32,000 nucleotides of DNA from positions 990,001 to 1,022,000 of the forward strand of contig JALDRA010000001.1 in assembly GCA_031316235.1 (NCBI GenBank), in the 5' to 3' direction. Positions 16,801 to 24,280 of this stretch are shown in pieces. A program made the translations under genes and the position numbers. The notes under the pieces are model-generated. The model searched no databases. It saw only the letters and a program-made list of their open reading frames with translations, and was not told where the DNA came from. This DNA comes from Candidatus Scalindua sp. Its GTDB lineage: Bacteria; Planctomycetota; Brocadiia; Brocadiales; Scalinduaceae. The number at the start of each line of letters is the position of its first letter. The first letter of the stretch is position 1.

Positions 16801-17599
16801 CTTCCTCAGCTTTATCCTTTTGCTCCCCTAACCGGCTTTTATCTACTCCCCCCTGCCCTTGTTTCGATTTCTCGTTCTTGGCATCCGCTGGTTCACTCTC
16901 TTCCCGTTCACGCTGAGACTCCTCAGAACGCTCTTCCTGTGCAGCTATCTGCTCTTTGTCTCCAGGTTGAACCGTCTCCTTTTCACTCTCTTTTGAGCCC
17001 GGTATCTCAGTGACTGAATCTTTTATCTCTTTGACAATTTTCTCTGTTTCTTCTGGATACATGAAGGGAAGCAGGAGTAGTATTACGAGTAATATAGCAA
17101 CAGGAACTAAAAGTTTTGTTACCGCGGGAAACTTGTGTGGAATGGCCGCCTTTATACCTTTATCATCAAGTTGAGTTGTAATGTCGGAAACAAGCAGATC
17201 TAAAAACCTGTTTGACTCTCCCTGATCAGCATACTCCAGACCGGTAACAAGCCGCTCCTTAAAATGCATTTCTCCGTCTAACAGGCCCGCCGCCTCCAAT
17301 TTCCCGATCCAATTGATAATAATTAATGTAAGTGAGACAAAAAAATAGATCGTGAATCCTGATATCAGGATAATGTACACATAATGGGGTACTTCGATAA
17401 ATTTGCAGGCAATAAGTGTGGCCAGAGCCATCGTCAAACCGATTGCCATGACCGTAAAAAATGCCTTCTCACACCTGAAAATATTATACCTGAAGCGAGC
17501 CTTCTCTAATCTCTCTTCAATCTGCTTTTTAGAAGAATACGCATCTCGGCTTTTATCTTTATTTTCACCTATCACCATAGTTTTTTCCTTATTATTCAC
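13859..17599 (-). CDS. 1246-aa membrane protein with a giant disordered E/K-rich and GQQAGxEA-repeat spacer (first gene of the MoxR operon)
   Basis: Three predicted TM helices within the first ~180 aa. These are followed by ~330 aa of E/K/S/Q-rich sequence, ~580 aa of 8-aa G/Q/A/E repeats and a ~190-aa C-terminal region ending IPLEYEEIIKKIYIEKE. This is the only frame with a plausible start, TM anchor and non-repetitive termini. Confidence 0.75.
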   Translation of the reverse strand: MNNKEKTMVIGENKDKSRDAYSSKKQIEERLEKARFRYNIFRCEKAFFTVMAIGLTMALATLIACKFIEVPHYVYIILISGFTIYFFVSLTLIIINWIGKLEAAGLLDGEMHFKERLVTGLEYADQGESNRFLDLLVSDITTQLDDKGIKAAIPHKFPAVTKLLVPVAILLVILLLLPFMYPEETEKIVKEIKDSVTEIPGSKESEKETVQPGDKEQIAAQEERSEESQREREESEPADAKNEKSKQGQGGVDKSRLGEQKDKAEEEALSKMGERPDETKTLEEEVSELLSNLNNTLNNLDNTTKPGSEDKSKGAEISDVDKQENQQREEQPNQTAERDTEPAERKESEEEKRAEVSQKEREKSEAKPSESQKKEQEQPKTENALAQEKETPDQKPPESQEEEKIPRAPKSKLLQKLAQLFMSNKDKESSPPPIDIPIEDVNKDQAGGQQDKSGQEEESKSSPSKDTSGSPQSETTREKSGMEAEQQESSESGEQEGTDTEQQEGSETDQKPGSESRQQSGSEDEQQEGTDAGQKAGSDAGQQAGAESGQQAGTEAGQQAGAEAGQKAGSDDSQEPGSKTGQKAGADAGQQAGSEAGQQAGSAAEQKAGTEAGQQAGSESGQQAGADAGQQAGSGAGQQAGSAAGQQAGREAGAEAGQQAGTEAGQEAGSEAGQQAGSEAGQQTGSESGQQAGAGAGQKSGTEAGQEAGGEAGQQAGSGASQKAGTEAGQQTGSESGQQAGAEAGQQAGTEAGQKAGAESGQQAGTEAGQEAGSGAEQKAGTEAGQQAGMEAGQEAGAESGQQAGSEAGQEAGSGAEQEAGTEVGQQAGSESGQLAGAEADQQAGTEAGQEAGSEAGQQAGSEAGQQTGSESGQQAGAETGQKSGTEAGQEAGVEPGQQAGTEAGSEAGQQAGTEVGQQAGSESGQQAGADAGQQAGSEADQQAGSEAGQKAGTEAGQQAGSEAGQEVGSEAGQQAGTEAGQQAGAESGQQAGTEAGQQAGSEAGQKAGSEAGQQAGSESGQQAGAEAGQQAGQEAGSEAGQKAGAEAGQTSGLETGQKSGSQGKKMDVADLKREISNQMKELSTQISDLEKQMGVDTSGESSSEGGDASIKDDMKDLARQKQRSIESEEQKGVRELQGNIKETSGPGGSQPGGELYSSEPEKIESSEDAEKFGLNVRGTRDESGTKRESISSGKGEASVKRRLPTVGYDDTAELSTRQAEDDAIENTSIPLEYEEIIKKIYIEKE
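14411..16160 (-). repeat. In-frame 24-nt tandem repeat array (about 70 units by length/period) inside the 1246-aa gene
   Basis: Plus-strand units look like CCGGCTTGTTGGCCCGCCTCTGCA and encode AGQQAG(S/T/A)E variants. The region is markedly more GC-rich than the flanks. All six frames lack stop codons for long stretches. Confidence 0.9.
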
Positions 17600-17826
17600 A
17601 TTTTTTCATAAAAAGAGAGACATTGCCAGCTAAAAAAGCGGTAGAGTATCAGGTATCCGAGAAAAGTTCTACAAGGGGTAGCACGTAGGATAAAAGGCTG
17701 AATTCTTCATTTCAGCAATAATTTTATCCGTAAACCCTTTTGGCAGGAGAACATTTACGGTGCAGTGTTCACAAATCTGACTTTACCCGTAAACGAAATA
17801 GAGTTATTTTTTTGGCAGTTATGAGA

Positions 17827-17962
17827 TATACTCATCTCATACTGGATTTCGGACAAAATCCGGGACAAATTGGAGCGAGTAAAGTCCTCGGCCCTTTTTT
17901 GTCCGGGGATACCTTCACCAGGATTTGGTTTCCCGTAAAACCGAATCGGTTTTAATATATAT
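17827..17962 (+). repeat. Dispersed structured intergenic repeat, copy C
   Basis: Full 5' and central modules. The 3' hairpin (17922-17947) is shortened: GATTTGGTTT-cccgta-AAACCGAATC, with one compensated pair and one T.G wobble relative to copies A and B. Confidence 0.85.
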
Positions 17963-18381
17963 CCGTAATCTGTTTTGGTTGAAAGGAGACGTTAAGCGTA
18001 TCCAGCCGGTACGTAAAATACCTGTCTGCGTGCATTGTGACAGGCATGAGCAGGCAGGCAGCAACTTTTTGCAGATTGCAGCCTCATTCCATACAAAATG
18101 GCTCCAATCCATCGGTAACCTGCGCAGCTATCCTCAACCGGATATTACCGGGTTACTGGTTTCATGCAATCGAAAATCAGATTTCACGCATGCCCAGAGA
18201 TTCTGAAAATAGCTTTGCAATAAGGATATTGTTGCGGACTATTACCGGATTTCCTTCGAAATCAGCATATTTCCCTCAACTCACCTTTGTCCCTGTTAGT
18301 TTTTTTCAGACACGCCCCTCTCTAACTCTTTTGCGATGCAAAAGTGGTTGTGGGATTTACTTCTTCTGCATTGTCCAGTTG

Positions 18382-18879
18382 TTATTCATAGTGAGCCGGA
18401 ATCCATGTCTTCTCTTCATATTCATTCCAATGTCCTGAAGGTACAAGTCTATCTTCATAGTGTCCCTCGATCCTTCTGTCACCGTCAACACGCTCTTCGA
18501 CCCATACTCTCTCTTTTTTTGAAGTATCGACCCACTCTCTTTTTTTTACATATTCATAGTGGCCTTCAATATAATTTTTCCCCTGGCCGGAACTGGATTG
18601 TTTTTCAAGTTCAAGCTGTCTTTGCAAATCAGCTTTTTCTCTCTTTTCCCTTGTGTTATCCCTATGGTCTCCAATCATAGCCCCTCCCAAGGCACCCGCA
18701 CCGGCACCTATTGCGGCACCCAATGCTGGATCGCCTACAATTGCACCTATACCTGCTCCGAGTGCTGCCCCCACACCGGTTCCCACACCTGCACTTTTCT
18801 GTGTAGTTGTCAAGCAACCTGCGGTAAAAATCGCTACCAGAGCAATACCTGTTAATGAAAGAAATATTTTGCGATTCAT
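18382..18879 (-). CDS. Glycine-zipper lipoprotein with C-terminal (G/A)H(Y/W)E...W repeats
   Basis: Lipobox FTAGCLTT and a glycine zipper GVGTGVGAALGAGIGAIVGDPALGAAIGAGAGALGGAMIG. The C-terminus has repeated EGHYE...W(V/I) motifs. Confidence 0.7.
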   Translation of the reverse strand: MNRKIFLSLTGIALVAIFTAGCLTTTQKSAGVGTGVGAALGAGIGAIVGDPALGAAIGAGAGALGGAMIGDHRDNTREKREKADLQRQLELEKQSSSGQGKNYIEGHYEYVKKREWVDTSKKERVWVEERVDGDRRIEGHYEDRLVPSGHWNEYEEKTWIPAHYE

Positions 18880-19352
18880 CTGTTTTCTCCAACAAAGATA
18901 AAAGATTATACTATCTAGCTATGCGAAAAAAAGGTTCAGGATAAAATGTACCGTTAAAACCATTTATAACCCCTGGAATGAAGAGAGTTTGCGTAGAAAC
19001 TTCTTTAATGGCTGAAGCTGTAAGTCGTTGTGGTTTTTCTGCTCAGAAATAACATTGCTTGCCCGCACCCTGCCCGGTCGAGCCAGATTTTTTCATACTG
19101 GTGCCCTGATACAGATAAAAAGCGGCTTTAAAGTCACACCTGTCTACAGAGAGCTATCTTCACTTTCTTAGTCATAGCGAACTCGTTTGAACTGTTAAGC
19201 TTATAAACACTCCCCCTGGTGATTTTGTTCCGCCGTGATGCTATCAAAAGAGTAGTTTTTTGTCAATATTATTTGTAACGATTGTTATTACAAAATCTCA
19301 GCATTCAGCACCATACCTGCACAATAAGGATAAGGGAAAGGATAGCAGTTTA

Positions 19353-19475
19353 CGATTTGGAATTTTTGTATATACCAAATCCCGGTGAAGGTATCCCCGG
19401 ACAAAAAGCGCCGAGGACTTTACCCGCTCAATTTATCCCGGATTTTATCCGAAATCCAGTATGAGATGAGTATAT
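19353..19475 (-). repeat. Dispersed structured intergenic repeat, copy D (reverse orientation)
   Basis: The reverse complement matches the consensus 5' and central modules. The 3' hairpin is retained as GATTTGG-(14-nt unrelated loop)-CCAAATC at 19354-19381. Confidence 0.8.
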
Positions 19476-19580
19476 TGTCGATGTTGTGAAACGTAAATAT
19501 AACTCCAAGCTTATCTGTAGTCACTACTATTCTTGTTTTTGAGTTGAATTAAAGGGTACTTTACCTCCTCTGCAAGACTA

Positions 19581-20339
19581 TCACACCTCAACCGTCAAGC
19601 CATCATAAGCCAGTTTAATGTCACTGGGTAATGTACCATTTATCAGATCGTAGTCTACTTCGTGGGCGATATGCGTAAACAGTGTCTTCTTTGGTTTCAG
19701 CTCTCTTGCGATATCAAGTGCCTGTTCAATATTGAAGTGCTTTTCATGGGGGCGTATCCTCAATGCATCAAGGATTAACAGATCAAGTCCTCTTAATTTA
19801 TCCATAGAATCAGAAGGAATATGGCTTACATCTGTTACATAGGCTACATTATCAATTCTGTATCCAGTAACCATTTCCAGACCATGCATTACGTCAATGG
19901 GAATAATTTCCAAGTCGGAGATAGTAATTGATCCCTCTATGAATTCCAGGGTAAATTTCGGTTTACTCCCATTGGAAATTGTCTCTTCAAATGCATAAGA
20001 AAACATCTTCTCTATTTGATTTAATGTTTCTTGAGATCCATACACGGGAATCATTTTCTTCTGCCTGATGTTAAAGTGCCTCAAATCATCCAGCCCTAAA
20101 ACATGGTCAGCGTGAGCGTGCGTCAATAACACGGCGTCTACTCTCTTTACCTTATTAATCAGACACTGAATACGTAATTCTGTCGCTGCATCTATCAGGA
20201 TATTATGCTCTCTCCTTGATACCAGGATTGAAGAACGTGTCCTTGAATTTTTCGGATTGTCAGAAATGCAGACACTGCATTCACAACCAATCATAGGGAC
20301 ACCATATGATGTCCCTGTACCCAGAAAAGTAATTTTCAT
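19581..20339 (-). CDS. MBL-fold metallo-hydrolase (PhnP-like)
   Basis: HAHADH zinc motif and the N-terminal MKITFLGTGTSYGVP. The start is set at ATG 20339, which forms an ATGA overlap with the MATE stop codon. The tracked ORF extends 6 codons further. Confidence 0.8.
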   Translation of the reverse strand: MKITFLGTGTSYGVPMIGCECSVCISDNPKNSRTRSSILVSRREHNILIDAATELRIQCLINKVKRVDAVLLTHAHADHVLGLDDLRHFNIRQKKMIPVYGSQETLNQIEKMFSYAFEETISNGSKPKFTLEFIEGSITISDLEIIPIDVMHGLEMVTGYRIDNVAYVTDVSHIPSDSMDKLRGLDLLILDALRIRPHEKHFNIEQALDIARELKPKKTLFTHIAHEVDYDLINGTLPSDIKLAYDGLTVEV

Positions 20340-21676
20340 ACCTTTACCTTCTCCCATCTCCCCGATCTAAATATGACGTATACGGCAATTGAACGAAAGA
20401 TCCAGTCAAGCGCCACCCCAAACCATATCCCAGCAAGTCCCCATTGTAACACGATCCCAAAAACATAGGCAACCGGTAAATGAAAACATAGTGTACCCAC
20501 TATCGTAATAATCATGAGGCTCAGGGTGTCGCCTGCTCCCCGCAAACCTCCGGCATAGACCATGTATATTGCCAAAGCAGGCTGCTCTAAGGCTGCAATC
20601 ATTACACAAAGTGCGCTCAGAGCCAGAACCTCCTGCTCGGGATGGAAGAGTTTCGACATCGGTTTCGCAAGGGTCAGGAAAATTATAGCAAAAAACCCCA
20701 TAACGGTAAGGGCGATCAAACAGTTCCTCTTCACACTTGATCTTGCAAGGTCAATTTTCCCCGCCCCGAGGCTTTGCCCCACAAGGGTGGCAGTTGCCAC
20801 AGCAAAGGCATAACCCGGCATGAATGATATGGCCTCAATTCTGAGGGCAATCTGGTGTGCGGCAAGAGCGACTGTTCCAAGAACTGCAATTATCTTCATG
20901 AAGAAGAGGTAACCTATCTGGGTGAGAAAGGCATCTAACATTGCAGGCAGGGAAATCCTCAGCATTCTCAGTATACGGTCTTTATTGACGTCAACCACGT
21001 ATTTCAGTCTTATTGTCAGGATACCTTTTCCGTTTAAAAGCTTATAAGTAATAAATGACCCTCCGGCGATGTACGCGATTGATGTGCCCCATGCAGCACC
21101 TGCAACCTCCAGACGGGGGAAGAATCCTATACCAAAAACAAGAAGCCAGCTAAAAACTATATTTACACAATTCATAATGAGTGTCATCACCATTGGGGTG
21201 CGTGTATCGCCTGCACCTCTGAATATTGAGCTTCCTGTTAAAATAATCAAACGCAGAATAAAGAAACACGAAATTATCCGTAGATAAGGAGTACCCAACT
21301 CTACAACATCAAGCTCTGCACTCATTACTACCAAGAACTTTTCGGCAAAGAAAAAAATCGATGGACTGATTATGAGGCCGAGGATTACTGATAAAAATAT
21401 GGACTGGCCAGCAACTCTTTCAGCCTCAATCTTCTCTTCAGCACCAATACTCCTTGACACAAGTGCAGTGGTGCCAACATTCAGTGCAGAGAATATCATT
21501 GAAATAATGAAACTCAAGGCGCCTGCCAATCCAACTGCAGCAACAGGAGCTGTTCCCAGCCTGCCAACTATGAGGATGTCCACGATAAAGACGGCCATAT
21601 GTAAGATGTTTTCCATGGCCGCAGGAAGAGCGAGTTTAATGATGTTTTTATTTAAATTTTCCTTTGTTAATTCCAT
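20336..21676 (-). CDS. MATE-family efflux transporter
   Basis: 446 aa, about 12 hydrophobic segments, and the N-terminal IIKLALPAAMENILHM motif typical of the MATE/NorM family. Confidence 0.85.
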   Translation of the reverse strand: MELTKENLNKNIIKLALPAAMENILHMAVFIVDILIVGRLGTAPVAAVGLAGALSFIISMIFSALNVGTTALVSRSIGAEEKIEAERVAGQSIFLSVILGLIISPSIFFFAEKFLVVMSAELDVVELGTPYLRIISCFFILRLIILTGSSIFRGAGDTRTPMVMTLIMNCVNIVFSWLLVFGIGFFPRLEVAGAAWGTSIAYIAGGSFITYKLLNGKGILTIRLKYVVDVNKDRILRMLRISLPAMLDAFLTQIGYLFFMKIIAVLGTVALAAHQIALRIEAISFMPGYAFAVATATLVGQSLGAGKIDLARSSVKRNCLIALTVMGFFAIIFLTLAKPMSKLFHPEQEVLALSALCVMIAALEQPALAIYMVYAGGLRGAGDTLSLMIITIVGTLCFHLPVAYVFGIVLQWGLAGIWFGVALDWIFRSIAVYVIFRSGRWEKVKV

Positions 21677-21709
21677 TTTCCTATCCGCTTTGCATGAAAG
21701 AATTTATGG

Positions 21710-21738
21710 TTGACAATTATTACAACAACCGATAAAAT
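21710..21738 (+). promoter_or_regulatory. Candidate sigma70-type promoter facing acpS and the lipid cluster
   Basis: TTGACA-N17-TAAAAT (21710-21715 / 21733-21738) in the divergent MATE/acpS intergenic region. This is a sequence match only, and it would imply a ~200-nt leader. Confidence 0.3.
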
Positions 21739-21944
21739 TCCCGTGATCCAGTGATCTGCAGAATGATAGAAGATTGCCGATTCTTATGCAAAGTAAATTT
21801 GTAAGAAATCCCTTCCCAGTTCTTTTTTCAAGACAGCCCCCTTGATTACAATATAGATTACAGATCTGACACAAGAGCACCTGAAGGGAAATCCTTTGGT
21901 TGAGCCACTATTTTGGTAACTTTTCGAAAGTGACAAATTGTATA

Positions 21945-22325
21945 ATGTATACAGGCATCGATATTATTGAGGTTAAGAGGATTGAACGGGTCTTTATTTC
22001 CCATATGGGATTTCTCAGAAGAGTTTTCACGGAAGATGAGGTGAAATATTGCCAATCGAAGAAAAACTGTTTCCAGCATTATGCAGCACGTTTTGCATCA
22101 AAAGAGGCCGTTCTCAAGGCGTTTGGAACTGGTTTAAGAGAAAAAATGAAGTGGACCGACGTAGAAACTCTCAACGAAGAGTCTGGAAAGCCTTATATAA
22201 ATCTCTATGGCAGGGTAAAAGAGTTGGCGATTGAAAAAAATATATGTGAGATTTCAATCTCACTGTCACACTGCAAAGAATACGCAGTTGCACACGCATT
22301 ATTGGTTACACGCAACAAGGAATAA
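21945..22325 (+). CDS. acpS: Holo-[acyl-carrier-protein] synthase (4'-phosphopantetheinyl transferase, AcpS type)
   Basis: 126 aa with MYTGIDIIEVKRIERV and FASKEAVLKAFGTG, both typical AcpS motifs. An alternative TTG start at 21900 has a better SD-like AAGGGA, but it adds a non-conserved extension. Confidence 0.85.
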   Translation: MYTGIDIIEVKRIERVFISHMGFLRRVFTEDEVKYCQSKKNCFQHYAARFASKEAVLKAFGTGLREKMKWTDVETLNEESGKPYINLYGRVKELAIEKNICEISISLSHCKEYAVAHALLVTRNKE

Positions 22326-22503
22326 TCAACAGATTCAGCGTAATAAGCACATACGTTAAAAAAAGATTAAAACATGAACTTGATAATGGGTGAAAATAGT
22401 GTAAAATACCATCCGGTTATTATCCGTTATCTGTAACTTACACTATTTGTCAGGTATATTGTTTCCTTAAATAGGTTTGCCGGACTTTGCGATTGGTCAA
22501 AAA

Positions 22504-23973
22504 ATGAGAAAGTTAATCCTCATAAATCCGCACCCCGTTGGTAATGTCGGGGAGGAGAATGTTTCTGTATTAAATCAGATGCCCGTAAACCTTGGCTATC
22601 TGAAGAAACTGACACCGGAACATTGGGATGTTGATATTATCGACGAAACTCAAGAACTGGCAGTGGATGAAAAAGGAGAGAATCTGCGTTTTGAAAAACC
22701 TGATCTGGTCGGAATTACCTCTGTCAGCTATCAGGCTCACAGGGCATATCAGATAGCTGCAGCATGCAGAAAAAACGGAATTCCTGTTATCATGGGAGGT
22801 GTACATGCGACAAGTTACCCAGAAGAAGCTGCACAATATGTTGATTCTGTCATAATAAGAGAAGCTGTCACGATTTGGGCAGAGATAATTGCTGATTTTG
22901 AGAACAATGCCCTGAAAGAATCATATGATGGCGGCCTCACCCCTATGGAGATGTACAGAGATCTCTACTCAGATCGGGAATTTTTAAAGAATAAGTATAA
23001 GTATCGGTATTCGGGTATCATCACAACTGCCGGATGTCCCTTTAGTTGTGAATTTTGTTCAGTTCCTCAGTTTCAAGGGAAAAAATATCGAGAAAGACCA
23101 ATCGATGATGTATTAAATGAGCTGGAGAAAATTAAAGGAGAGTACAGGGGACTTATCCTGACCGATGAAAATTTCTATGGGCACAGTAAAAAATCAAACG
23201 AAAGAGTACGCAGTCTCTTTAAGAAGATGGTAGAGAGAGGTATATACCAGAATTGGTTTGGTTTTACTTCGTTGAACATTTATCAAGATGATGAGACATT
23301 AGAATATATGGTGAAGAGTGGTTGTGTCGGAGTTCTCATCGGTATTGAATCTATTAATGAAGAGGCGTTAAAGTCAATGAATAAGGGCGTCAATTTGCGT
23401 ATAACCGTGGAAAAATATAAAGAAGCGGTGAAAAATATCCGAAAGCATGGCCTTGCAGTATGGGGTACCATGGTTTTCGGTAATGATAGTGATACTACGG
23501 AAGGTTTTAAAGAAGTGGTTGATTTCATTGTAGATGCAAAGATCGACATTATGACATGCGGTATTTTATGCCCTTTTATTAATACCCCCCTGTACAATAG
23601 ACTTAACGGAGAGAATAGACTCTTCAGGACAAATTTCCCTGAAGATTGGATCTACTATACTTCACATCATCTTACCTATGTACTATCAAGACTCTCTCTT
23701 CAGGAGTTTATTGACGGTCTGGAGTATGTCTTTGAGAAAATATATTCAACTGATGTGATCAGGGAAAAATTCCGAAATGCGAAAACAGAGTTAAATAATC
23801 TTAACGCTGCCATGTTTGCCTTCAGGGTGAATCTGGACTGGCAATATGTCTTTCATCATTTATTGGAAAACTTAAAGCAACTGCAGGCTTCAGGGGCGTA
23901 CGAGGAGGCACGTGAACGCTACAAAAAGATGAAAAGCAGTAAAGATATCGGTTTAGCAAGTGTTAAGTCTTGA
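22504..23973 (+). CDS. B12-binding-domain radical SAM protein (class B rSAM)
   Basis: N-terminal cobalamin-binding-like Rossmann segment (LVGITSVSYQAHRAYQIAAACRKNGIPVIMGGVHATSYPEEA), followed by the radical SAM cluster motif TTAGCPFSCEFCSV (CxxxCxxC). The start is chosen at ATG 22504 (MRKLILINP). Confidence 0.85.
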   Translation: MRKLILINPHPVGNVGEENVSVLNQMPVNLGYLKKLTPEHWDVDIIDETQELAVDEKGENLRFEKPDLVGITSVSYQAHRAYQIAAACRKNGIPVIMGGVHATSYPEEAAQYVDSVIIREAVTIWAEIIADFENNALKESYDGGLTPMEMYRDLYSDREFLKNKYKYRYSGIITTAGCPFSCEFCSVPQFQGKKYRERPIDDVLNELEKIKGEYRGLILTDENFYGHSKKSNERVRSLFKKMVERGIYQNWFGFTSLNIYQDDETLEYMVKSGCVGVLIGIESINEEALKSMNKGVNLRITVEKYKEAVKNIRKHGLAVWGTMVFGNDSDTTEGFKEVVDFIVDAKIDIMTCGILCPFINTPLYNRLNGENRLFRTNFPEDWIYYTSHHLTYVLSRLSLQEFIDGLEYVFEKIYSTDVIREKFRNAKTELNNLNAAMFAFRVNLDWQYVFHHLLENLKQLQASGAYEEARERYKKMKSSKDIGLASVKS

Positions 23974-24026
23974 GCAGATACTATTTTTCTTCCTCTCCAC
24001 TATCCGGTTACAAGGTTTCTCAAAGA

Positions 24027-24146
24027 GTGGCTGAACGAAAACTACCCATCTACCGCGTTGCTGTAATAATTCCGTAATCCTCAAGTACATGGGTAGATTG
24101 CGGTTACGAAATCAGCACACCTTGTATCGGGGCAGTTTCCGTTCAA
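24027..24146 (+). promoter_or_regulatory. Conserved intergenic element, copy 1 (upstream of the KS gene)
   Basis: About 120 nt aligning by eye at roughly three quarters identity with 29614-29727. It contains an identical 18-mer ATAATTCCGTAATCCTCA (24066-24083). It ends 134 nt before the KS ATG. The function is unknown. Confidence 0.45.
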
Positions 24147-24280
24147 GTATGAAGTGGTGAGGAACAAATCCGCAGAATATTTTCTCGGAATCAGGCAGGG
24201 ACGAGCATATGGTAATTTTTTTACTACCTGAGTCTTGAGATGTCTCTCATATCGGTTATATTATTTCTGAAGGATGAATC

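Noticed and set aside
16285-17013. ORFs 16285-16677(-), 16343-16756(+), 16345-16722(+), 16581-16916(+), 16762-17013(+)
   Set aside because: These are shadow frames of the E/K/S-rich disordered segment of the 1246-aa gene. They are compositionally biased, mutually overlapping and without motifs.
18559-18901. Plus-strand ORFs (98 and 82 aa) and a minus-strand 77-aa ORF overlapping the glycine-zipper gene
   Set aside because: These are alternative frames of the GC-rich Gly/Ala zipper region (Pro/Ala- or Cys/Arg-rich shadows). Only the 18382-18879 frame has a lipoprotein signal and a coherent domain.
20340-20357. Six-codon upstream extension (MGEGKG) of the MBL hydrolase
   Set aside because: The ATG at 20339 gives the family-typical MKITFLGTG start and an ATGA overlap with the MATE stop codon. 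The extension would overlap the MATE coding region further.
21858-22079. 73-aa minus-strand ORF overlapping the acpS start
   Set aside because: It is antisense to a well-supported AcpS frame and has no recognisable features.
23974-24066. In-frame continuation after the rSAM TGA stop (ADTIFLPLHYPVTRFLKEWLNENYPSTALL**) and apparently synonymous differences in WLNENYPS between the two intergenic element copies
   Set aside because: The second copy (29614-) is not in frame with its upstream gene, and the shared reading frame breaks at a 1-nt indel right after CCATCT. A minus-strand reading (..EDYGIxTxTx*) is also closed by stop codons within 17 codons in both copies. I treat it as non-coding, with no evidence for recoding.
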